Of a DNA stretch of 64,000 nt, positions 48,808-60,094 are shown piece by piece. The DNA is from Pseudomonas aeruginosa PAO1 (GTDB lineage: Bacteria > Pseudomonadota > Gammaproteobacteria > Pseudomonadales > Pseudomonadaceae). Within the stretch, counting starts at the first letter, position 1, and each line of letters starts with the position of its first letter. A program made the translations under genes and the position numbers. The stretch lies in the NCBI RefSeq assembly GCF_000006765.1, contig NC_002516.2; one strand, given 5' to 3'. The notes under the pieces were generated by a model that was not told the origin of the DNA, did not search any database, and saw nothing but the letters and a program-made list of their open reading frames with translations.

Positions 48808-50223
48808 TCAGGCGCGGCGGTCGTCCCAGATGCCCGGCTCGAGCTTCTGCTGGACTTCCGGGAACTGGCTGGCGTCGAAGGTCGGCAGCTTGCCGGCCTT
48901 GCGCTGGGCGTTGTAGTCCTTGGCCAGCTTGATCGCGAGGTTGGACAGCAGCAGGATGGCGATCAGGTTGGTGATCGCCATCAGGCCCATCGACACGTCG
49001 GCAAGGTTCCAGACGAACGGCAGCGAAGCCAGCGCGCCGAACATCACCATCGCCAGCACGATCAGGCGGAAGATCAACAGGCCCGCCAGGTGGTTGTGCT
49101 CGAGGAATACCAGGCAGTTCTCGGCATAGAAGTAGTTGGCGACGATCGAGGTGAAGGCGAAGAACAGGATGATCACCGCCAGGAAATAGCGGCCCCAATC
49201 GCCGACCTGGCTGGTCAGGGCATTCTGCACCAGCATGATGCCCTCGCCTTCCTGCGGTCCGGCCAGCAGGATGATGGCGGCGGAAGCGGTACAGATCAGC
49301 AGGGTATCGATGAACACGCCGGCCATCTGCACGTAGCCCTGGGACGCCGGGTGCGGCGGATAGGGCGTGGCCGAGGCGGCGGCGTTGGGCGCCGAGCCCA
49401 TGCCTGCTTCGTTGGAGAACAGGCCGCGCTTGAAGCCGTTGAGGATCGCCGCGCCGATGCCGCCGGCGGCGGCCTCGTGCCAGCCGAAGGCACTCTTCAC
49501 CACCATCGCCAGGACGCCCGGCAGTTCGCTGAGGTTGAACAGGATGATGCCCACCGCCAGCAGCAGGTAGGCCACCGCCATGAAGGGTACCGCCAGTTCG
49601 GAGAAGCGCGCGATGGAACGCAGGCCGCCGAAGATGATCAACGCGGTGAGGATCACCACGGCGATGCCGCTGATCCAGGTCGGCACGCCGAAGGCGCCCT
49701 GCATGGCACCGGTGATGGTATTGGCCTGCACCGAGTTGAAGACGAAACCGAAGGCGATGATCAGGAAGATCGAGAACAGGATGCCCATCCAGCGCGCGCC
49801 CAGGCCCTTCTCCATGTAGTAGGCCGGGCCGCCACGGAACTGGCCCTTGTCGTCGCGAATCTTGAACAACTGGGCCAGGGTCGCCTCGACGAAGCCGGTC
49901 GCCATCCCCACCAGGGCGATCGCCCACATCCAGAACACTGCGCCGGGACCGCCGAGCGTGATCGCTACCGCCACGCCGGCGACGTTGCCGGTACCGACCC
50001 GCGCCGCCAGAGAGGTGCAGAGCGCCTGGAACGAGGAGATTCCCGAGTCGTCCGACTGGCGGCTGCCCTTGAGCACGCTGAAGGTATGACCGAAGTGGCG
50101 GAACTGGATCAGCCCCAGGCGCACGGTGAAGTACAGGCCGCAACCGACCAGCAGCCAGATGAGGATCTTGCCCCAGATAAGGCCGTTGAGCAGGTCGACG
50201 ACCTGAGTGGCGAATTCTTGCAT
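48808..50223 (-). CDS. Alanine/glycine:cation symporter (AGCS)
   Basis: ARVGTGNVAGVA, GLFSNEAGMGSA motifs. Confidence 0.92.
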   Translation of the reverse strand: MQEFATQVVDLLNGLIWGKILIWLLVGCGLYFTVRLGLIQFRHFGHTFSVLKGSRQSDDSGISSFQALCTSLAARVGTGNVAGVAVAITLGGPGAVFWMWAIALVGMATGFVEATLAQLFKIRDDKGQFRGGPAYYMEKGLGARWMGILFSIFLIIAFGFVFNSVQANTITGAMQGAFGVPTWISGIAVVILTALIIFGGLRSIARFSELAVPFMAVAYLLLAVGIILFNLSELPGVLAMVVKSAFGWHEAAAGGIGAAILNGFKRGLFSNEAGMGSAPNAAASATPYPPHPASQGYVQMAGVFIDTLLICTASAAIILLAGPQEGEGIMLVQNALTSQVGDWGRYFLAVIILFFAFTSIVANYFYAENCLVFLEHNHLAGLLIFRLIVLAMVMFGALASLPFVWNLADVSMGLMAITNLIAILLLSNLAIKLAKDYNAQRKAGKLPTFDASQFPEVQQKLEPGIWDDRRA

Positions 50224-50439
50224 GGATAACTCCCCTGTTCCGCTTGTGGCGGATTGTTGTCAGCCGACCTCCCGGGTAGAAGGCCGCGTGTTTCGGACAC
50301 ACACGGAATGACGTGCGAGCCGAAGGAAATTTCGCTGTGAATGGCACTTGGCAGGAAGGGGCAGGACTTTCCGCTATTGACGTCGCTCGCCGCTTGTCAC
50401 CAGGCGACAGATACGGTCAGTCATGCGACATCCGTTCAA

Positions 50440-51045
50440 TTATTGAACAGAGACGTCCAGCAATTCGCGAACCGGCGCAAACGAGCGTCGATGGATCGGC
50501 GTCGGGCCGAGGCGGGAAAGCGCCTCGAGATGGACCGCGGTCGGATATCCCTTGTGCCCGGCCATGCCATAGCCCGGATAGACCCGGTCCAGCTCGACCA
50601 TTTCCCGGTCGCGACTGACCTTGGCCAGGATCGACGCCGCAGCGATCGCCGGCACCTGGCTGTCGCCCTTGACCACCGGCGCGCAGGGCACCGCCAGTTT
50701 CGGACAACGATTGCCGTCGATCAGGGCCAGCCGCGGAATCACGCTGAGGCCTTCGACCGCGCGCTGCATGGCGAGCATGGTGGCATGCAGAATGTTCAGC
50801 CGGTCGATCTCCTCGACCTCGGCGCGGGCGATGCACCAGGCCAGGGCCTTCTCGCGGATCTCTTCGAACAGCGCCTCGCGGCGGGCTTCGCTGAGCTTCT
50901 TCGAGTCGTTCAGGCCGAGGATCGGGCGGCTCGGGTCGAGAATCACCGCGGCGGTGACCACCGGGCCGCACAACGGACCGCGACCGACCTCGTCGACGCC
51001 CGCGACCAGATCCTCCACCAGATTGAAATCCAGACCCAGTTGCAT
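50440..51045 (-). CDS. rnhB: Ribonuclease HII
   Basis: [24 protein letters not shown] motifs. Confidence 0.98.
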   Translation of the reverse strand: MQLGLDFNLVEDLVAGVDEVGRGPLCGPVVTAAVILDPSRPILGLNDSKKLSEARREALFEEIREKALAWCIARAEVEEIDRLNILHATMLAMQRAVEGLSVIPRLALIDGNRCPKLAVPCAPVVKGDSQVPAIAAASILAKVSRDREMVELDRVYPGYGMAGHKGYPTAVHLEALSRLGPTPIHRRSFAPVRELLDVSVQ

Positions 51046-52181
51046 CAGCGGCGCTCCACCAGTTGCAGGACGGCTTCCGCCGCCTGTGCCGAAGCATCCT
51101 GGCGCAAGGCCCGATGGATGGCATCGAAGAATTCCACCTGCTGCGAGCCGTCGTCCAGCAGCGGCGAGAGGGTTGCGGCTAGCGCTTGCGGGGTGGCGGC
51201 GTCCTGGATCAGTTCCGGCACCAACAGGCGTCCGGCCAACAGGTTCGGCAGGGAGATGTAAGGGCTTTTCACCAGGCGCTTGAGAATCCGGTACGTCAGC
51301 CCGGCGACCCGATAAGCCACCACCATGGGCCGCTTGTAGAGCAGCGCCTCGAGGGTCGCGGTACCGGAGGCGATCAGCACCGCATCGCAGGCGGCAAGCG
51401 CTTCATGGGAAGCGCCGTCGAGCAGCGTCAGCGGCAGAGGCTCGCGGCCCTGGAGCATCTGCTCGATCTGTTCGCGCCGTGCAGCGCTGGCGCAGGGCAG
51501 CACGAAACGCAGGCCCGGCCGTTCGACGAGCAGGCGCTGGGCGGTGTCGAGGAACAAGGCGCCGAGCTTGCCGACCTCGCCGCCGCGACTGCCCGGCATC
51601 AGCGCCAGCACCTGTCCGTCCGCCGGCAATCCGAGCCGCGCGCGGGCCGCAGCGCGATCCGCCTGCAGGGGAATGGTGTTGGCCAGGGGGTGGCCGACGA
51701 AACGCACGGGCACCCCATGCTCTTCGTAGAAACGTGCTTCGAAGGGGAACAATGCCAGCATCAGGTCGCAGGCTTCGCGAATCTTCAGCACCCGCTTCTG
51801 CCGCCAGGCCCACACCGAAGGGCTGACGTAATGCACGGTGCGCAGGCCAGCCTGGCGCAGCTTGTGTTCGACGCCGAGGGTGAAGTCGGGAGCGTCGATG
51901 CCGATCATCACATCCGGCCGGGCCTCGATGAGCGTGCGGATCAGGCGCTTGCGCCGTCGCAACAACTCCGGCAGCCTGCCCAGCACTTCTACCAGGCCCA
52001 TCACCGACAGGCGCTCCATGGGGAAATAGCTGGACAGCCCTTCGGCCTCCATGCGCGGCCCACCGACGCCGATGAACTCGATATCCGGGTGCCGCGCCCG
52101 CAGCGCCTGCATCAGTCCGGACCCGAGGATGTCGCCGGAGGCCTCGCCGGCGACCAGGGCTACGCGTAATCCGTCAGCCAT
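51045..52181 (-). CDS. lpxB: Lipid A disaccharide synthase
   Basis: [24 protein letters not shown] motifs. Confidence 0.98.
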   Translation of the reverse strand: MADGLRVALVAGEASGDILGSGLMQALRARHPDIEFIGVGGPRMEAEGLSSYFPMERLSVMGLVEVLGRLPELLRRRKRLIRTLIEARPDVMIGIDAPDFTLGVEHKLRQAGLRTVHYVSPSVWAWRQKRVLKIREACDLMLALFPFEARFYEEHGVPVRFVGHPLANTIPLQADRAAARARLGLPADGQVLALMPGSRGGEVGKLGALFLDTAQRLLVERPGLRFVLPCASAARREQIEQMLQGREPLPLTLLDGASHEALAACDAVLIASGTATLEALLYKRPMVVAYRVAGLTYRILKRLVKSPYISLPNLLAGRLLVPELIQDAATPQALAATLSPLLDDGSQQVEFFDAIHRALRQDASAQAAEAVLQLVERR

Positions 52182-52184
52182 GGC

Positions 52185-52961
52185 TCAGCGGGTGATGCCG
52201 CGGGTTGCGCTCTGGATGGAATCACGGAACACCGCGACCTCGGGGAACTGGGCAGCGCTTTCGGCCAGCTCGGCCAGGGCTTCCTCGACGGTATGTCCCT
52301 GGCGATAGACCACCTTGTAGGCACGCCGCAGGGCATGGATGGCCTCGCTGCTGAAGCCGCGCCGACGCATGCCTTCGAAGTTCATGCTGCGGGCTTCGGC
52401 CGGGTTGCCGAAGACCGTCACGTAGGCCGGGACGTCCTTGCCGATGGCGCTGCCCATGCCGGAAAAGCTGTGCGCGCCGATCCGGCAGTACTGGTGCACC
52501 AGGGTGTAGCCGGACAGGATCGCCCAGTCGTCCACGTGGACATGCCCGGCCAGCGCCGTGTTGTTCACCAGGATGCAATGGTTGCCGATCACGCTGTCAT
52601 GGCCGATGTGCGCATAGGCCATGATCAGGTTGTGGTCGCCAATGGTGGTTTCCGCGCGATCCTGGACGGTTCCGCGATGGATGGTCACGCCTTCGCGGAT
52701 CACGTTGTGGTCACCGATCACCAGGCGCGTCGGCTCGCCCTTGTATTTCAGGTCGGGAGTATCCTCGCCGACGCTGGAAAACTGGTAGATGCGGTTGTGC
52801 TTGCCGATCTTCGTGGGGCCCTTGAGCACCACGTGCGGACCGATCACCGTCCCTTCACCGATCTCCACTTCCGCCCCGACGATGGACCACGGGCCCACCT
52901 GGACGTCAGCCGCCAGCCTGGCGCTCGGATCGATGATGGCGCGAGGATCGATCAAACTCAT
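52185..52961 (-). CDS. lpxA: UDP-GlcNAc acyltransferase
   Basis: Hexapeptide repeats; QDLKYKGE-like DLKYKGE motif. Confidence 0.98.
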   Translation of the reverse strand: MSLIDPRAIIDPSARLAADVQVGPWSIVGAEVEIGEGTVIGPHVVLKGPTKIGKHNRIYQFSSVGEDTPDLKYKGEPTRLVIGDHNVIREGVTIHRGTVQDRAETTIGDHNLIMAYAHIGHDSVIGNHCILVNNTALAGHVHVDDWAILSGYTLVHQYCRIGAHSFSGMGSAIGKDVPAYVTVFGNPAEARSMNFEGMRRRGFSSEAIHALRRAYKVVYRQGHTVEEALAELAESAAQFPEVAVFRDSIQSATRGITR

Positions 52962-53398
52962 AGTTTGCGTTCCGCACAGATGATTTCAGCCGAGCATACC
53001 GGCTTGTCGTCGACGGTAGCGTGGCAGTCGAATTTCCAGATGCTGCGCTTCACGCTGATGAACTTGGCGTGCAGTTGCAGTTGGTCGCCCGGCAGGACCG
53101 GCTGGCGGAAGCGCAGCTTGTCCGAACCGACGAAGTAGTAAAGGGTGCCGTCGGCGGGCTTCACGTCGAGCATCTTGAAACCGAGGATACCGGCCGCCTG
53201 GGCCATCGCCTCGATGATCAGCACGCCCGGCATGATCGGGTGCTCGGGGAAATGTCCGTTGAAGAACGGCTCATTGATACTGACATTCTTGTAGGCGCGA
53301 ATGCGCTTGCCCTCGATGTCCAGCTCTACCACCCGATCCACCAGCAGGAAAGGATAGCGATGAGGCAGGTATTCGCGAATCTCGTTGATGTCCATCAT
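52958..53398 (-). CDS. fabZ: 3-hydroxyacyl-ACP dehydratase
   Basis: [21 protein letters not shown] motifs; ATG 53398. Confidence 0.98.
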   Translation of the reverse strand: MMDINEIREYLPHRYPFLLVDRVVELDIEGKRIRAYKNVSINEPFFNGHFPEHPIMPGVLIIEAMAQAAGILGFKMLDVKPADGTLYYFVGSDKLRFRQPVLPGDQLQLHAKFISVKRSIWKFDCHATVDDKPVCSAEIICAERKL

Positions 53399-53443
53399 GT
53401 TAGGGGGAGCCTGTTCAGAAAAGGGTGACGCAAAAAACGTCAA

Positions 53444-54505
53444 TTACGCATCAGATGAAGCGTCACCGCTTGAGGTCACGGCAGCCAGGCGTTTTTCCAG
53501 CTGCTGAAGTCGACGCGCCATGTCGTCCAGTTGACGAATGCGCGCGGCGCTTTTTTTCCATTCGGCCGCCGGTTGCATGGCGGTACCGGAGGAATACGAT
53601 CCCGGCTCGGTGATCGAGCGGGTCACCATGGTCATGCCGGTCACGAAAACGTTGTCGCAGATCTCGATATGGCCGACCAGGCCAACGCCGCCGGCGAGCA
53701 TGCAATGCCTGCCGATCTTGGCGCTGCCGGAAATGCCGACGCAAGCGGCCATGGCGGTATGATCGCCGATCTGCACGTTGTGCGCGATCATGATCTGGTT
53801 GTCCAGCTTCACACCGTTGCCGATCAGCGTATCGGACAGTGCTCCACGGTCGATGGTGGTGTTCGCGCCGATCTCGACGTCGTCACCGATGGTCACCCCG
53901 CCGATCTGGGCGATCTTCTGCCAGACGCCCTTCTCGTTGGCGAAACCGAAACCTTCGCCGCCGATCACCGCGCCCGACTGGATACTCACCCGCGCGCCGA
54001 TGGTGACGTCGTGGTAGAGCGTGACTCGCGGCGCCAGCCAGCCGCCTTCGCCGATCACGCTACGGGCTCCGATCACGCAGTGCGCGCCGATGCTGACGCC
54101 AGCGCCGATGCGGGCGCCACTCTCGATCACCGCATAGGCGCCGACGCTGGCGCTCGGATCGACCTCGGCGTCCGCCGCGACGATGGCGGTAGGATGGATA
54201 CCGGCGGCCGCCTTCGGTTTGCGATCGAACAGGTGCGACAGGCTGGCATAGGCCAGGTAGGGGTTGGCCACCACCAGCGCGGTACCGGCGAACCCGTCGG
54301 CGTCGGCAGCCGTCAGCAGGACGGCGCCGGCACGGCTTTCGGGCAGGTACTTGCGATACTGCGGGTTGGCCAGGAAGCTCAGCTGAGCCGGTCCGGCCTC
54401 CTGCAAGGTCGCCAGGCCCTGGATTGGCAGGTCCGCGTCGCCACGGACTTCCGCGCCGACATGCGCGGCCAGCTGGCCCAGGGTGTAGGACAAGGTACTC
54501 ATCAT
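53444..54505 (-). CDS. lpxD: UDP-3-O-acylglucosamine N-acyltransferase
   Basis: LSFLANP, GEGFGFA, IDRGAL motifs; TGATG coupling to skp. Confidence 0.98.
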
Positions 54506-55011
54506 CAACGCAGCTGGTTCATCCGCTCGATCACCTGGCGGGTGATGTCGTATTGCGGCTTGACGTCGACCACGGCGCCACGTTCGATGACCATGTCGTA
54601 ACCACCTTTCTTGATGGTCTCCTCGACGGCCTGGTCCAGCTTCGGCTTGAGTTTCTTCAGCATGTCGCGGTCGGCGGCGGCCTTCGACTCGTTCAATTCC
54701 TTGGACTGGAACTGGAAGTCACGGGCCTTCTGCTTGAAGTCCAGCTCGGCCTTCTCGCGGTCGCCCTGGGACATCTTGCTGCCGTTGGAAACCAGCTTGT
54801 CCTGCAGCGCCTTGGCGTCGCGCTCGAGGTTCTTCAGCTTGTTCAGCTGGGGGCCGAACTTCTTCTCGGCATCCACGGCGTATTGCTTGGCGGCATCGGA
54901 CTCGAGCAGCGCCATCTGGTAGTTGAGCACCGCGATCTTCATTTCAGCGAACGCCGAAGGAGCCGCCATGATGGCTGCGGTGATCAGGACGAACTGGGTG
55001 AACTTACGCAC
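54505..55011 (-). CDS. skp: Periplasmic chaperone Skp/OmpH
   Basis: GTG 55011 with AGGAG RBS; signal peptide; [15 protein letters not shown] motifs. Confidence 0.93.
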
Positions 55012-55061
55012 GATGCACTCCTGCACAAAGCATGGTTTCGTTACTCGGTACTACGTACAAA

Positions 55062-57455
55062 TCAGAAGGTCTGGCCCAGGGAGAACTGGAAGACCTGGGT
55101 TTCCGCGTTGTCCGGCTTCTTGATCGGCGTCGCCAGGCTGAAGCTCAGCGGGCCCAGCGCGGTGATCCAGGTCAGGCCGACGCCCACGGAACTGGCGAGG
55201 TTGTCGGTCTTGATGCCGTCGCAGTTGGTGGTGGTCTTGGTCGGGCAGTCGGTATCGAAGGTGCTACCCACGTCCCAGAACAGCACGGTACGCAACTGGC
55301 GCTGGTCCTTGACGAACGGCAGCGGGAACAGCAGCTCGGCGCCGCCGGTGATCAGGATGTTACCACCGAAGGCTTCGGGATCCTGGTCCGGGTCGGTGTA
55401 ACGGCCCTTGCTGTCAGGCCCTTGGTTCTTCATAGGCGTACCGTCTGGATTACGAGCCACAGAGGGCGTACTGCGCGGGCCCAGCGTGCTGTCCTTGAAG
55501 CCCCGCACCGAGTTGAAGCCGCCGGCGTAGTAGTTCTCGTAGAACGGCAGGCGCTCGGTGGATCCGTAGCCGTCGCCATAGCCCAGCTCGGTGTGGAAGC
55601 GCATGGTGTAGTTGTCGGTCAGCGGGGCGAAGACCTGGCCACGGTAGTCGATCTTGTAGAACGACAGGTCGCTGCCCGGCAGGGTGGTTTCCAGGGTCAG
55701 GCTCTGCGAGTGACCACGGGTGGCCAGTACGCCCTTGTTCAGGGTCGATTCGGACCAGCCGATGGAAGCCTTGAAGTTGGTGAAGTTGTCGCCTTCCTTG
55801 TCGAGGAAGTCGTAGATCTCGTCCACGGTGTAGCGGCCGGTGTCGATCTGGTCGCGCTGCACGCTCAGGCCATAGGTCAGGCGCGAGGTCTCGCTGATCG
55901 GGTAGCCGATGCTCATGCCGGCGCCCAGGCTGTTCACCGAGTAGCTGGCGACGTCGACGTCGAGTTCGTCGTAGTCGGTCTTCCGGTAGAAGGCATTGTA
56001 GCCGAGGCTGACGCCGTCGACGGTCCAGTAGGGGTCGACGAAGCCGAAGTTGTAGCGGGTTTGGTATTCGCTGCGGGTCAGGCCGATGCTGACCTTGTTG
56101 CCGGTACCCAGGAAGTTGTTCTGGCTGATCGAGCCGCCGAGGATCAGGCCGGCGCTCTGGGCGAAGCCGACGCTGGCGGTGATCGAGCCGGACGGTTGCT
56201 CTTCGACGCTGTAGTTGACGTCGACCTGGTCGTCGGTGCCGGGAACCGCCGGGGTCTCGACGTTGACTTCCTTGAAGTAGCCGAGGCGCTCCAGACGGGC
56301 CTTGGACTGGTCGATCAGGTAGGTGGAGGCCCAGCCGCCTTCCATCTGGCGCATTTCGCGGCGCAGCACTTCGTCTTCGGTCTTGGTGTTGCCGCGGAAG
56401 TTGATGCGGTTGACGTAGGCGCGCTTGCCCGGGTCGACGACGAAGGTCACCGAGACGGTCTTGTCGTCGTCATGGGCTTCCGGCACGCCGTTGACGTTGG
56501 CGAAGGTGTAGCCCTCGTTGCCCAGGCGACGGGTGATTAGGTCGGAGGTGGTGGTCATCACCTTGCGCGAGAACACCTGGCCCTTCTGTACCAGCAGCAG
56601 GCGCTTCACTTCCTCTTCCGGCACCTTCAGGTCGCCGGTCAGCTTCACGTCGCGGATGGTGTACTTCTCACCCTCGTTGATGTTGACGGTGATGTAGACG
56701 TGCTTCTTGTCCGGGGTGATGGATACCTGGGTGGAGGCGATATCCATGTTGATGTAGCCGCGGTCCAGGTAATAGGAGCGCAGGCGCTCGAGGTCGCCGG
56801 AGAGCTTTTCGCGGGCGTACTTGTCGTCGTTCTTGAAGAACGACAGCCAGTTGGTGGTCTTCAGTTCGAACAGGTCGGTCAGGTCTTCTTCGGAGAAGAC
56901 GGTGTTGCCCACCACGTTGATGTGGGAAATCGCGGCGACCGTGCCTTCGTTGATGTTGATCTTCAGCGCGACGCGGTTGCGCGGCTGCGGGATCACTTCC
57001 GCGTTGATCTCGGCCGAGTAGCGGCCCTGGGCCACGTACTGGCGTTGCAGCTCGTTGCGCACGCCTTCGAGGGTGGCGCGCTGGAAGATCTCGCCCTCGG
57101 CCAGGCCGGACTGTTTCAGGCCCTTGAGCAGGTCTTCCTTGGAGATCGCCTTGTTGCCCTCGATCTCGATGCTGGAGATCGACGGGCGCTCGACTACAGT
57201 GACTACCAGCACGTTGCCATCACGGCCGAGCTGGATGTCCTGGAAGAAGCCGGTCTTGAACAGGGAGCGGGTGGCCTGGACCAGGGCCTGGTCGTCGATG
57301 GTCTCGCCGACGTTCAGCGGCAGGGCGGCGAACACGCTACCGGCGGACACGCGCTGCAGGCCATTGACCCGGATATCGGAAACAGTGAAGGACTCGGCGT
57401 GAACCTCGGCGATCATCAGCGCTGACAGCAGCGCGGGTAGCAGAAAGCGTTTCAT
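55062..57455 (-). CDS. bamA: Outer-membrane assembly factor BamA (Opr86)
   Basis: POTRA repeats, VRGF motif, C-terminal FQFSLGQTF; 797 aa. Confidence 0.99.
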   Translation of the reverse strand: MKRFLLPALLSALMIAEVHAESFTVSDIRVNGLQRVSAGSVFAALPLNVGETIDDQALVQATRSLFKTGFFQDIQLGRDGNVLVVTVVERPSISSIEIEGNKAISKEDLLKGLKQSGLAEGEIFQRATLEGVRNELQRQYVAQGRYSAEINAEVIPQPRNRVALKININEGTVAAISHINVVGNTVFSEEDLTDLFELKTTNWLSFFKNDDKYAREKLSGDLERLRSYYLDRGYINMDIASTQVSITPDKKHVYITVNINEGEKYTIRDVKLTGDLKVPEEEVKRLLLVQKGQVFSRKVMTTTSDLITRRLGNEGYTFANVNGVPEAHDDDKTVSVTFVVDPGKRAYVNRINFRGNTKTEDEVLRREMRQMEGGWASTYLIDQSKARLERLGYFKEVNVETPAVPGTDDQVDVNYSVEEQPSGSITASVGFAQSAGLILGGSISQNNFLGTGNKVSIGLTRSEYQTRYNFGFVDPYWTVDGVSLGYNAFYRKTDYDELDVDVASYSVNSLGAGMSIGYPISETSRLTYGLSVQRDQIDTGRYTVDEIYDFLDKEGDNFTNFKASIGWSESTLNKGVLATRGHSQSLTLETTLPGSDLSFYKIDYRGQVFAPLTDNYTMRFHTELGYGDGYGSTERLPFYENYYAGGFNSVRGFKDSTLGPRSTPSVARNPDGTPMKNQGPDSKGRYTDPDQDPEAFGGNILITGGAELLFPLPFVKDQRQLRTVLFWDVGSTFDTDCPTKTTTNCDGIKTDNLASSVGVGLTWITALGPLSFSLATPIKKPDNAETQVFQFSLGQTF

Positions 57456-57485
57456 GGAGTCCTTTTTTTCCAACTGACAAATAGA

Positions 57486-57512
57486 GAATCTGCCGCAAAG
57501 GGCGGCAGATTC
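57486..57512. other. Hairpin between mucP and bamA
   Basis: GAATCTGCCGC-AAAGG-GCGGCAGATTC, 11-bp arms. Confidence 0.55.
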
Positions 57513-57525
57513 GAATTCAACATGA

Positions 57526-58878
57526 CTACAGACGACTCAGATCGTTGACCAGAGCGAGCAACATCACGCCAACGACCAGACTGATGCCGATCTGCATCCC
57601 CCAAGCCTGTACCCGTTCGGATAATGGGCGCCCGCGCACCCACTCAACCAGATAGAACAGCAGATGCCCGCCATCGAGGACAGGGATCGGCAGCAGGTTG
57701 AGAACCCCCAAGCTAATGCTCAGATAGGCCAGGAAATTGAGAAAATCCCCCACGCCAGACTGGGCTGAAGCGCCCGCCACTTTAGCAATGGTTATCGGCC
57801 CGCTCAAGTTTTTTACCGAGAGCTCGCCGAGCAACATTTTCTTTATGGAGTCGAGCGTTAGCAGGCTCATGGTCCAGGTTCGGGAAAGCGCCTGACCCAC
57901 CGCCTCCAGCGGTCCGTAGCTCACTTCGCGGAGCATTTCCGCCGGCCATTCGGTACCGGCGACCCCCGCCCCCATGTAGCCGCTCCGGGCCTTGCCCTCG
58001 CCGCGCACCGCCAGTTCCAGGGCAACATCCAGCACTTCGCCGTCGCGCAGCACCTTGAGCTGGACGCGCTGCCCGGGACGGGCACGGACGCTGTCCACCA
58101 CCTGCTGCCAGTCGTCGACGGCGATGCCATCGATGCTCTGCAAGCGGTCGCCGAGCTTCAGCCCGGCGGCCTGCGCCGGCCCCTTGGGGTCGAGTTCGGC
58201 CAGCACCGGCGGCAAGGCCGGCCGCCAGGGCCGGATGCCCAGCGAGGCGATGGGATCGGGATTGTCCTCGCCCTTCAGCCAGCCATCCAGACGCACCTGG
58301 TGGGTGGAATCGACATTCGAGCCTTTTTCCTGCACCCGCACTTCCAGCGTACCGCTCTCGCCGAGACGGCGAACCAGCTGCAGGTTGACCCCGTTCCAGC
58401 CGGTGACGGGCTCGCCATCCACCGCCAGCAGCTCCTGCCCGGCCTCCAGGCCGGCCTGGGCGGCCAGGCTCTCCGGCGCCACGGAACCGATGACCGGGCG
58501 TACCTGCTGGCTACCGAGCAGGGCGACGACCCAGAAGAACAGAATCGCCAGTAGGAAATTGGCGATGGGACCAGCCGCGACGATGGCGATCCGCTGACGG
58601 ACCGTCTTACGATTGAAGGACTGTTCGAGCAGATGGGCCGGTACTTCCGCCTCGCGCTCGTCGAGCATCTTGACGTAGCCGCCCAGCGGAATGGCCGCCA
58701 CCACGAACTCGGTGCCGTGCCGGTCGTGCCAGCGCACCAGCGGCGTGCCGAAGCCGACGGAGAAGCGCAGGACCTTCACCCCGCAGCGTCGCGCGACCCA
58801 GAAGTGGCCGAATTCGTGGAACGTCACCAGCACACCCAGGGCTACCAGGGTGCCGACGATCATGTAAAGCGCACTCAT
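57526..58878 (-). CDS. mucP: RseP-type intramembrane metalloprotease MucP
   Basis: HEFGH, two PDZ domains, NLLPIPVLDGG motif. Confidence 0.97.
   Translation of the reverse strand: MSALYMIVGTLVALGVLVTFHEFGHFWVARRCGVKVLRFSVGFGTPLVRWHDRHGTEFVVAAIPLGGYVKMLDEREAEVPAHLLEQSFNRKTVRQRIAIVAAGPIANFLLAILFFWVVALLGSQQVRPVIGSVAPESLAAQAGLEAGQELLAVDGEPVTGWNGVNLQLVRRLGESGTLEVRVQEKGSNVDSTHQVRLDGWLKGEDNPDPIASLGIRPWRPALPPVLAELDPKGPAQAAGLKLGDRLQSIDGIAVDDWQQVVDSVRARPGQRVQLKVLRDGEVLDVALELAVRGEGKARSGYMGAGVAGTEWPAEMLREVSYGPLEAVGQALSRTWTMSLLTLDSIKKMLLGELSVKNLSGPITIAKVAGASAQSGVGDFLNFLAYLSISLGVLNLLPIPVLDGGHLLFYLVEWVRGRPLSERVQAWGMQIGISLVVGVMLLALVNDLSRL
57779..57807 (-). promoter_or_regulatory. Internal sigma70 promoter in mucP, pointing at bamA
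   Basis: TTGAGC-N17-TAAAGT with TGn extension and an upstream A-tract. Confidence 0.65.
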
Positions 58879-58903
58879 CTCCTACCTCCAGGCCGTCCGA
58901 AGA

Positions 58904-60094
58904 CTAGCCGGCGTGCCGGGTCAACCATTGCCCGGCGACCGAACGCGCGCGGCGATCGGCAGCCAGGACCTGATCGAGCGATTCGACTGCGGTCACCGCC
59001 TCGCGGTTCAGCACGTCCTCGATGATAACCGCGATGTCGCTGAAGCGGATGTGCCGCTCGAGAAATGCGGCCACGGCCACCTCGTTCGCGGCATTCAGCA
59101 TGGCCGGGGCGCTGCCGCCGGTTTCCGCGGCCTGGCTCGCCAGGCGCAGGCAGGGGAAGCGCTGCTCGTCGGGGCGCTGGAAATCCAGGCGACCGACGGC
59201 GAACATATCCAGCGGCGAAACGCCGGAATCGATTCGCTCCGGCCAGGCCATGGCATAGGAAATCGGCGTGCGCATGTCCGGATTGCCGAGCTGGGCGATC
59301 ACCGAACCGTCGACGTAGTCCACCATCGAGTGGATCACGCTCTGCGGGTGGATCACCACCTCGACCTGGCTCGGCTGGGCGTCGAACAGCCAGCACGCCT
59401 CGATCAGTTCGAGCCCCTTGTTCATCATGCTGGCGGAGTCGACGGAAATCTTACGCCCCATCGACCAGTTCGGGTGCGCACAAGCCTGCTCCGGCGTCAC
59501 CGAAGCGAGTTGCTCCAGCGGCGTCTCGCGGAACGGGCCGCCGGAGGCGGTCAAGAGGATCCGGCGCACGCCGACCCGCTCCAGGCCATCGGCATAATTG
59601 CGCGGCAGCGACTGGAAGATCGCGTTGTGCTCGCTGTCGATCGGCAGGAGCACCGCGCCGCTGCGCTTGACCGCCTGCATGAACAGCGCGCCGGACATCA
59701 CCAGCGCCTCCTTGTTGGCCAGCAGTACGCGCTTGCCGGCCTCGACGGCCGCCAGGGTCGACGGCAGCCCGGCGGCGCCGACGATGGCCGCCATTACCAT
59801 GTCCACTTCGGGCGCGCTGGCCACTTCGCACAACGCCTGCTCGCCGAACAGCACCCGGGTGCGGATACCCGCCGCGGCGAGCGAGCCCTGCAAGGCAATC
59901 GCCGCGGCCTGCTCCGGCACCACCGCATAGACGGGGCGGTGCCTGAGGCACAGCGCCTCGAGTTCGGCCAGGCGGCTGAAGCCAGTCAGGGCGAAGGCTT
60001 CGTAACGATCGGGATGACGCTGGACGACGTCCAGGGTGCTCAGGCCGATCGAGCCGGTCGCGCCGAGCACGCTGATCCGCTGCGGTCGACTCAT
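58904..60094 (-). CDS. dxr: 1-deoxy-D-xylulose 5-phosphate reductoisomerase
   Basis: [24 protein letters not shown] motifs. Confidence 0.98.

Noticed and set aside
50224-50439. Possible glycine riboswitch or sigma54 promoter ahead of the AGCS gene
   Set aside because: No conserved aptamer segments recognised; TGGCAC is on the wrong strand and lacks the -12 TTGC.
57800-57812. AAACTT as an AlgU/sigmaE -35 for bamA
   Set aside because: No TCTNA/TCAAA at 16-17 nt; the overlapping sigma70 reading fits better.
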